DNA of 20,000 nt, from IMG/VR virus record IMGVR_UViG_3300000255_000001; one strand, given 5' to 3'. This document shows positions 15,245-20,000 of this stretch, piece after piece; positions within the stretch are counted from its first letter, which is position 1; each line of letters starts with the position of its first letter. Under the pieces are notes generated by a model, which worked only from the letters and a program-made list of their open reading frames with translations, did no database searches and was not told where the DNA came from. Both the position numbers and the translations under genes were made by a program. The DNA comes from an uncultured virus (IMG/VR IMGVR_UViG_3300000255_000001). Its lineage: Duplodnaviria; Heunggongvirae; Uroviricota; Caudoviricetes.

Positions 15245-16058
15245 ATATACTGAAATATTCTACAGCCTGCAAGGCGAAGGTAGATGGGTAGGGACTCCGA
15301 GTGTTTTCCTACGTTTATTTGGTTGTAACTTCAAATGCCAAGGCTTTGGAATGCCAGCAGGACAATTAAGCGAAGAACGTAATTGGATTAATCCAGATGA
15401 TTATACATCAATGGATGGATTACCATTAGTTAAAACAGGTTGTGATAGTTATGCTAGTTGGGATCCACGTTTTAAACGGTTTGCTACAACAACTACGATA
15501 GACGATGTAGTAATAGATTTATTAAGCATAACACCACGCAACCAGTGGGAAGAAATACATTTAGTTGTAACAGGTGGTGAGCCTATGCTATGGCAACGTA
15601 TATATCCGACATTATTCAAGGACCCAATGATGTCTAGTTTAAAGCATATGACATTTGAGACAAATACCACACAGCCATTACGATGGAATGACTTTTTCGC
15701 AAGCACAAACAGGCCATGGATCACTTGGTCCTGTAGTCCTAAACTATCAACAAGTGGCGAAAAGTGGTCGGATGCTATTAATCCAGAGATAGCGAAAGAA
15801 TACTCTGCTGTTCAGAAATCAGATATGTATTTTAAATTCGTGATAGATAATGAAGAGGGTATTTATGAAGTGTTGGAGGCTGTTGAGGCATACAGAAGTG
15901 CTGGAGTAGAATGTCCAGTGTATGTAATGCCAGTAGGCGGATGCTATGAAGATTACTCTTTTAATTCACGCCACGTTGCAGATCTAGCAATGAAATATGG
16001 ACTAAAATACAGTCCAAGACTACATTCCGACTTATTCGGAAACGCATGGGGAACGTAA
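15234..16058 (+). CDS. queE: 7-carboxy-7-deazaguanine synthase (radical SAM)
   Basis: EIFYSLQGEG, FLRLFGCNFKC...GCDS, VTGGEP, ETN, SPKL, KFV, PRLH. Confidence 0.92.
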   Translation: MKVRYTEIFYSLQGEGRWVGTPSVFLRLFGCNFKCQGFGMPAGQLSEERNWINPDDYTSMDGLPLVKTGCDSYASWDPRFKRFATTTTIDDVVIDLLSITPRNQWEEIHLVVTGGEPMLWQRIYPTLFKDPMMSSLKHMTFETNTTQPLRWNDFFASTNRPWITWSCSPKLSTSGEKWSDAINPEIAKEYSAVQKSDMYFKFVIDNEEGIYEVLEAVEAYRSAGVECPVYVMPVGGCYEDYSFNSRHVADLAMKYGLKYSPRLHSDLFGNAWGT

Positions 16059-16315
16059 TGGACTTACCAGAATATTTAAGTAACTTACCGATGGAGCAAG
16101 GAGATCCAAAGGTAGAAGAACTCATGTTACAAGTTTTATTAGAATGTAAAAAAGAAGGCTTAACTGAAATATCAATTGGATCATTATTAGAACGTCTTGG
16201 AATAAAACCCTCTGCTATTTGGAAAGAAATGTATGAAGATTACGTTACATTAACACCCGAGGGAGTTGCTATGGCATTAGCGATTAAGGAAAAAGAAGGC
16301 AAGGTAATACAATAA
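16058..16315 (+). CDS. Hypothetical protein (85 aa)
   Basis: TAATG coupling with the queE stop (16058 preferred over 16046) and with the next gene. Confidence 0.6.
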   Translation: MDLPEYLSNLPMEQGDPKVEELMLQVLLECKKEGLTEISIGSLLERLGIKPSAIWKEMYEDYVTLTPEGVAMALAIKEKEGKVIQ

Positions 16316-16692
16316 TGGGAATATTTGATAAATTAGGGAAGGCAATTAGAAAGCCTAAGCCAGCACCAAAAACAGAATCTGCTCCTAAAAAAACAAAACT
16401 AACACCAAAAGAACAAGCAACTAAAGATGAAGAGCCTTGGTTTACTGTTGTTGACGTGGAAGTAGATGAAGATAATCCACGCAATGGTTCTTTTGAATTA
16501 GACTGGAATGAACATTTTCCGGCCATGTTACGCAAGCATGGATTAGTTGGCGATACAGATGAAGATGTAGTAGACCAATGGTTCCAAGACTTGTGCAAAC
16601 AAATTGCATTAGAAACATATGATGATGAAGTATTTGCAGAAAGCATTGTACAAGGAAAAGAAATAGAAGGCGGTAGGAGAGAATACGAATGA
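16315..16692 (+). CDS. Hypothetical phage protein (125 aa), basic N-terminus and acidic core
   Basis: Coupled start and stop. EPW...GSFELDWN...TDEDVVDQWF core. Confidence 0.7.
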   Translation: MGIFDKLGKAIRKPKPAPKTESAPKKTKLTPKEQATKDEEPWFTVVDVEVDEDNPRNGSFELDWNEHFPAMLRKHGLVGDTDEDVVDQWFQDLCKQIALETYDDEVFAESIVQGKEIEGGRREYE

Positions 16693-16904
16693 GTGAAGGC
16701 AAGACTATTACAATTAATACTGACGATAATACTGTTTCCGTAGAACAAACAGCACCTGACACTGGATTAAATGTAGGTGGAGTAAGTCTTAATACTGACT
16801 TACCTTGGTATGGTGATGCAGTTATATTATTAATATTAATAGCATTGATTTACATTGGTAAAAAATGGATAGACGCTTGGAAGTGGATCGGGAAAAATGA
16901 GTAG
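16689..16904 (+). CDS. Small membrane protein (71 aa)
   Basis: SD AGGAG, ATGA overlap, single hydrophobic segment AVILLILIALIYIG followed by KKW. Confidence 0.6.
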   Translation: MSEGKTITINTDDNTVSVEQTAPDTGLNVGGVSLNTDLPWYGDAVILLILIALIYIGKKWIDAWKWIGKNE

Positions 16905-17487
16905 TATTATTTGTGTTGGTGGCGCGCACACAGCGGCCGTAAAGTGTGTTAATGATTACTCATATGCACATGACGATCAATCGTGGATGCATCTTGGTGA
17001 TGTTCCACATCCAGATAATAAAACAAACGCATGGCAAATACATATAACACCTGTAATGAAAATAGGAAGTTTTAATATATCAAAAGCAAATTATAATAAT
17101 GAAACTATTATGACGACTACTATGCGGTATGTTAATACTAAACCACACCCACAAGACGTAATCGCTATAATAGGTTGGGAAAACTGGGATGGTTTATTAC
17201 GCGGACATGAAAGCCTACTAAAAGATGTAATACAATTACATGAACAATTAAATAATACTAAAACAAAACACCTTATGTTTAATACGGTCAATTGTCTGAA
17301 TGTTCAGGAAAATAATCGATATGATTTTGGAGATTCTTATATCGGTCCGTATGAACCACAGGAAACTATGGTTTCTCAATTGACAAAACAGAATCTCTTT
17401 TTCAATCCAGGCACAGAATACTATGGTCCAGACGCTCACAAAGCATGGGCTCGTATTCTGCTGAATAGATTGACACAGATAGTATAA
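16897..17487 (+). CDS. Hypothetical protein, degenerate SGNH/GDSL-like fold
   Basis: N-terminal ICVGGAHT and C-terminal YYGPDAHKAWARIL resemble SGNH blocks I and V but lack the catalytic Ser and His. Confidence 0.5.
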   Translation: MSSIICVGGAHTAAVKCVNDYSYAHDDQSWMHLGDVPHPDNKTNAWQIHITPVMKIGSFNISKANYNNETIMTTTMRYVNTKPHPQDVIAIIGWENWDGLLRGHESLLKDVIQLHEQLNNTKTKHLMFNTVNCLNVQENNRYDFGDSYIGPYEPQETMVSQLTKQNLFFNPGTEYYGPDAHKAWARILLNRLTQIV

Positions 17488-17498
17488 TCTGTTATACT
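17470..17498 (+). promoter_or_regulatory. sigma70 promoter overlapped by inverted repeats
   Basis: TTGACA (17470-17475), 17-nt spacer, TGt then TATACT (17493-17498). ATAGTATAA-TCTG-TTATACTAT palindrome at 17479-17500. Confidence 0.72.
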
Positions 17499-17583
17499 AT
17501 ATAGATTATAGTTACAATTATGTAATTATGATTTGCCAGTGCATCAATTATGCACATTCAATAAAACCTCAGGAGGTAATAAT

Positions 17584-17817
17584 ATGGCTGGCATGGTAGA
17601 CAACATACTAGGGTGGGTGACTAAACTAACAGAAGTTGGTGTATCACTAATCGCCTTAGCAGTAATTGTCCAAATAATCTTTGGACCATCAGTGGCGTTC
17701 TTGCCCGGTGATGTTGTAGGTAATATTATAGGACTAGTGAGTTCACTAGGTAGTAGCGGTCTAGTTGGTTTAGTAGCAGCTGCAACCCTATATTGGCTTT
17801 TTACTAAGAAAGCTTAA
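17584..17817 (+). CDS. Small Gly-rich membrane protein (77 aa)
   Basis: SD AGGAGG (17571-17576) before ATG 17584, preferred over TTG 17533. Two hydrophobic helices. Confidence 0.75.
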   Translation: MAGMVDNILGWVTKLTEVGVSLIALAVIVQIIFGPSVAFLPGDVVGNIIGLVSSLGSSGLVGLVAAATLYWLFTKKA

Positions 17818-17827
17818 TTCACCAACA

Positions 17828-17864
17828 GAAGTCAGCGGCCATCACCTGGGGTGGCCGTAACTTC
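17828..17864 (+). terminator. GC-rich stem-loop (possible terminator or processing/stabilising hairpin)
   Basis: GAAGT-CA-GCGGCCATC-ACCTGG-GGTGGCCGT-A-ACTTC. No poly-U tail, so the terminator call is weak. Confidence 0.45.
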
Positions 17865-17883
17865 AATTCCATAGAGTGCTACT

Positions 17884-18855
17884 ATGAGATATCTATTAAT
17901 TGATACTGCTAACATGTTTTTTAGAGCAAGGCATGTTGTAGCAAAGAGTGTTGATTCTGACACTAAACTAGGACTTGCTATACACGTGACGCTAAATAGT
18001 GTTGCTAAAGTATGGCGAGAATTTAAAACTGACCACGTTATCTTTTGTTTAGAAGGACGTAGTTGGCGTAAAGATTATTACGAGCCTTACAAAAAGAATA
18101 GGGTCGTAGCACGGCAAGCACTTACAGAAAGAGAGCAGGAAGAAGATGAACTCTTTTGGGAAGTGTTTACTGAGTTTGTTACATTTTTAGAAAATAAAAC
18201 AAATTGCTCAGTAATACAAAATAGCGTATTAGAAGCAGATGATTTAATTGCGGGATTTATTCAAAATCACCCGTTTGATGAACACTATATTATAAGCAGT
18301 GATAGTGATTTTTATCAACTTATAACAGATAACGTTAAACAATACAATGGCATTACCGATCAACTAATAACAATTGATGGTATTTTTAATAAGAAAGGCG
18401 ACATGGTCATAGATAAAAAGACCAAAGAGCCAAAAGAAATACCCAACCCCGAGTGGTTATTATTTGAAAAGTGTATGAGGGGTGATGCTAGTGATAACGT
18501 TTTTAGTGCGTATCCACGTATTAGAAAGAACAAATTAAAAGAAGCATTTGAAGACAGAACCAATCAAGGTTTTGCTTGGAACAATATGATGCTTCAACGT
18601 TGGGTTGATCATAACAATATTGAGCATAGAGTAAAGGATGATTACGAGCGCAATAAAAGACTCATTGATTTAATGGAACAACCAGACAATATTAGAGAAC
18701 AAATGAATGAAACTATAAACGGTATTACAGCGAAGAAAAATACTAATGTAGGGATTCATTTTATGAAGTTTTGTGGCAGACATAACCTACAGAGATTGGG
18801 CGATGACGCTCAAAGATTTAGTGAAATTTTAAACTCAAGTTACTCGGAGGCGTAG
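17884..18855 (+). CDS. rnh: T4 RNase H-like 5'-3' exonuclease/flap endonuclease
   Basis: LLIDTAN, SWRK..Y..YKKNR, EADDLI, SSDSDFYQL, GDASDNV, ERNKRLIDL. Confidence 0.9.
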   Translation: MRYLLIDTANMFFRARHVVAKSVDSDTKLGLAIHVTLNSVAKVWREFKTDHVIFCLEGRSWRKDYYEPYKKNRVVARQALTEREQEEDELFWEVFTEFVTFLENKTNCSVIQNSVLEADDLIAGFIQNHPFDEHYIISSDSDFYQLITDNVKQYNGITDQLITIDGIFNKKGDMVIDKKTKEPKEIPNPEWLLFEKCMRGDASDNVFSAYPRIRKNKLKEAFEDRTNQGFAWNNMMLQRWVDHNNIEHRVKDDYERNKRLIDLMEQPDNIREQMNETINGITAKKNTNVGIHFMKFCGRHNLQRLGDDAQRFSEILNSSYSEA

Positions 18856-19391
18856 TGTCAGGAATAGTAGTATTACTATCTGGTTCAGGAACAAACTTGC
18901 AGGCAATTCTAGACGCAAAATTGCCTGTTAAGTATGTTTTGTCTGACAAACCGAATGCCTATGGATTAACAAGAGCAGAAGAGGCAGGAATACCTACATA
19001 CGTATTGTCTAGCCTTAAACGATTAGAACATAAAATAACAAATGTATGTGAAGAACATAAAATAGATTTAATAGTACTCGCCGGCTTTATGCGACTCTTG
19101 AGCCCTGGTTTTGTACAACGCTGGGAATCTCATATAATAAACATTCATCCATCCGTACTTCCAGAGTTCAAGGGGGCGGGTGCTATTAAACAAGCATTTG
19201 ACGCAGGAATTAATGAGACCGGCGTTACAGTACATTATGTAGACGCGGGAATGGACACTGGCTCTATTATAGAGCAAACAAGAGTTCCTATACTCAATCA
19301 TGATAGTTTAGACGATTTAGAACAACGAATACACAAAGTGGAGCATGAATTATATCCAAGGACAATTAAATGGCTTTTAACCAATTACTAG
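18855..19391 (+). CDS. purN: Phosphoribosylglycinamide formyltransferase-family protein
   Basis: SGSGTNLQA, LAGFMRLL, NIHPSVLP.F.G, GVTVHYV...MDTG, EH.LYP. GTG start overlapping the upstream TAG. Confidence 0.88.
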   Translation: MSGIVVLLSGSGTNLQAILDAKLPVKYVLSDKPNAYGLTRAEEAGIPTYVLSSLKRLEHKITNVCEEHKIDLIVLAGFMRLLSPGFVQRWESHIINIHPSVLPEFKGAGAIKQAFDAGINETGVTVHYVDAGMDTGSIIEQTRVPILNHDSLDDLEQRIHKVEHELYPRTIKWLLTNY

Positions 19392-19720
19392 GTAAGTTAG
19401 TTATACAAGTATCAGCAATGCCGCGAGACACCAATGCTCGGGGCGATATATTTGGTGGCTGGCTTATGGGTTTAATGGACTTGGCATCTGCACATATAGC
19501 GCCAGAAGGAAAGAGTGCTACCCGAGCAGTTAATAATATAGAATTTTTTAAGTGTGTACAAATAGGAGATTTAGTCTCTTGCTATGGACACATTGTAAAG
19601 TTAGGGACAACATCTGCAACCGTACACATTGACGTATACGTAGGTAATGACAAAGTAGCGTGTGGGGATTTTGTAAATGTTGCCCTTGATGATGACGGCA
19701 GGCCGAGGAATATAAAATGA
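19370..19720 (+). CDS. Hotdog-fold acyl-CoA thioesterase (YciA-like)
   Basis: MPRDTNARGDIFGGWLMGLMD, F...V.IGD, G.TS, VALD..GRPR. Confidence 0.85.
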   Translation: MAFNQLLGKLVIQVSAMPRDTNARGDIFGGWLMGLMDLASAHIAPEGKSATRAVNNIEFFKCVQIGDLVSCYGHIVKLGTTSATVHIDVYVGNDKVACGDFVNVALDDDGRPRNIK

Positions 19721-20000
19721 GAGCAATTATTGGTGAGCTACAAGAAGATGGTACTCAAGACATTGATGTAGAAATACATCCGTGGGATACATGGGCATTA
19801 GATCTTACACTAGCATTGATAATTATTCCTGCTCTAGAACAGTTACAAGATGGTTCGCAAAGTTATCCACAGGAATTTGAGGAATTTGATGATTGGGCAG
19901 ATGCAATTGACAAAATGATTTATGCTTTTGAAAGTGTCGTTGGAGATGAAAATAGTGACATAGACTATTGGACTGATGAACGTTGGCAAAATACTAAAGA
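19717..20000 (+). CDS. Hypothetical acidic phage protein, 3'-truncated by window edge
   Basis: ATGA overlap. Frame is open to the window end: MRAIIGELQEDGTQDIDVEIHPWDTWALDLTLALIIIPALEQL...W..AIDKMIYAFE. Confidence 0.7.
   Translation, partial: MRAIIGELQEDGTQDIDVEIHPWDTWALDLTLALIIIPALEQLQDGSQSYPQEFEEFDDWADAIDKMIYAFESVVGDENSDIDYWTDERWQNTK

Noticed and set aside
999..19301. Minus-strand ORFs in the track (e.g. 999-1334, 2270-2710, 3059-3445, 16284-16748) and 10500-10712 (+)
   Set aside because: They lie within or across well-supported + strand genes and show no motifs. They are antisense or alternate-frame shadows.
1..20000. CRISPR array, tRNA/rRNA genes, transposase or integrase
   Set aside because: No spaced repeats, cloverleaf-compatible gaps or recombinase motifs were seen by eye. 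Intergenic gaps are all under about 100 nt.

Overview
The window is a fragment of an AT-rich large dsDNA phage genome with T4-superfamily-like replication genes. All credible genes lie on the + strand and are tightly packed. The replication core is a family B DNA polymerase, a probable sliding clamp and a T4 RNase H-like 5' nuclease. It is interleaved with a 7-deazaguanine pathway: a TGT/DpdA-like transglycosylase directly after the clamp, a QueD paralogue with the LxxxHRHxF motif of DpdL-type proteins, FolE, QueD and QueE. No QueC or QueF is present in the window. The same cluster holds enzymes outside the described deazaguanine routes: a GT-B glycosyltransferase, a sugar-isomerase-type cupin, a purine phosphoribosyltransferase and an amidinotransferase, plus a ferredoxin and an FTR1-like iron permease. 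The transglycosylase ends in a peptide resembling the polymerase's clamp-binding tail. Together this suggests a replisome-coupled and possibly new guanine hypermodification system (inference). Other accessory genes are an amino-acid dehydrogenase, ClpP, PurN and a hotdog thioesterase. Non-coding signals include near-consensus sigma70 promoters (two predicting leaderless mRNAs), a structured folE leader, nested palindromes and an in-frame inverted triplication. All calls come from motif recognition by eye; no database searches were run.
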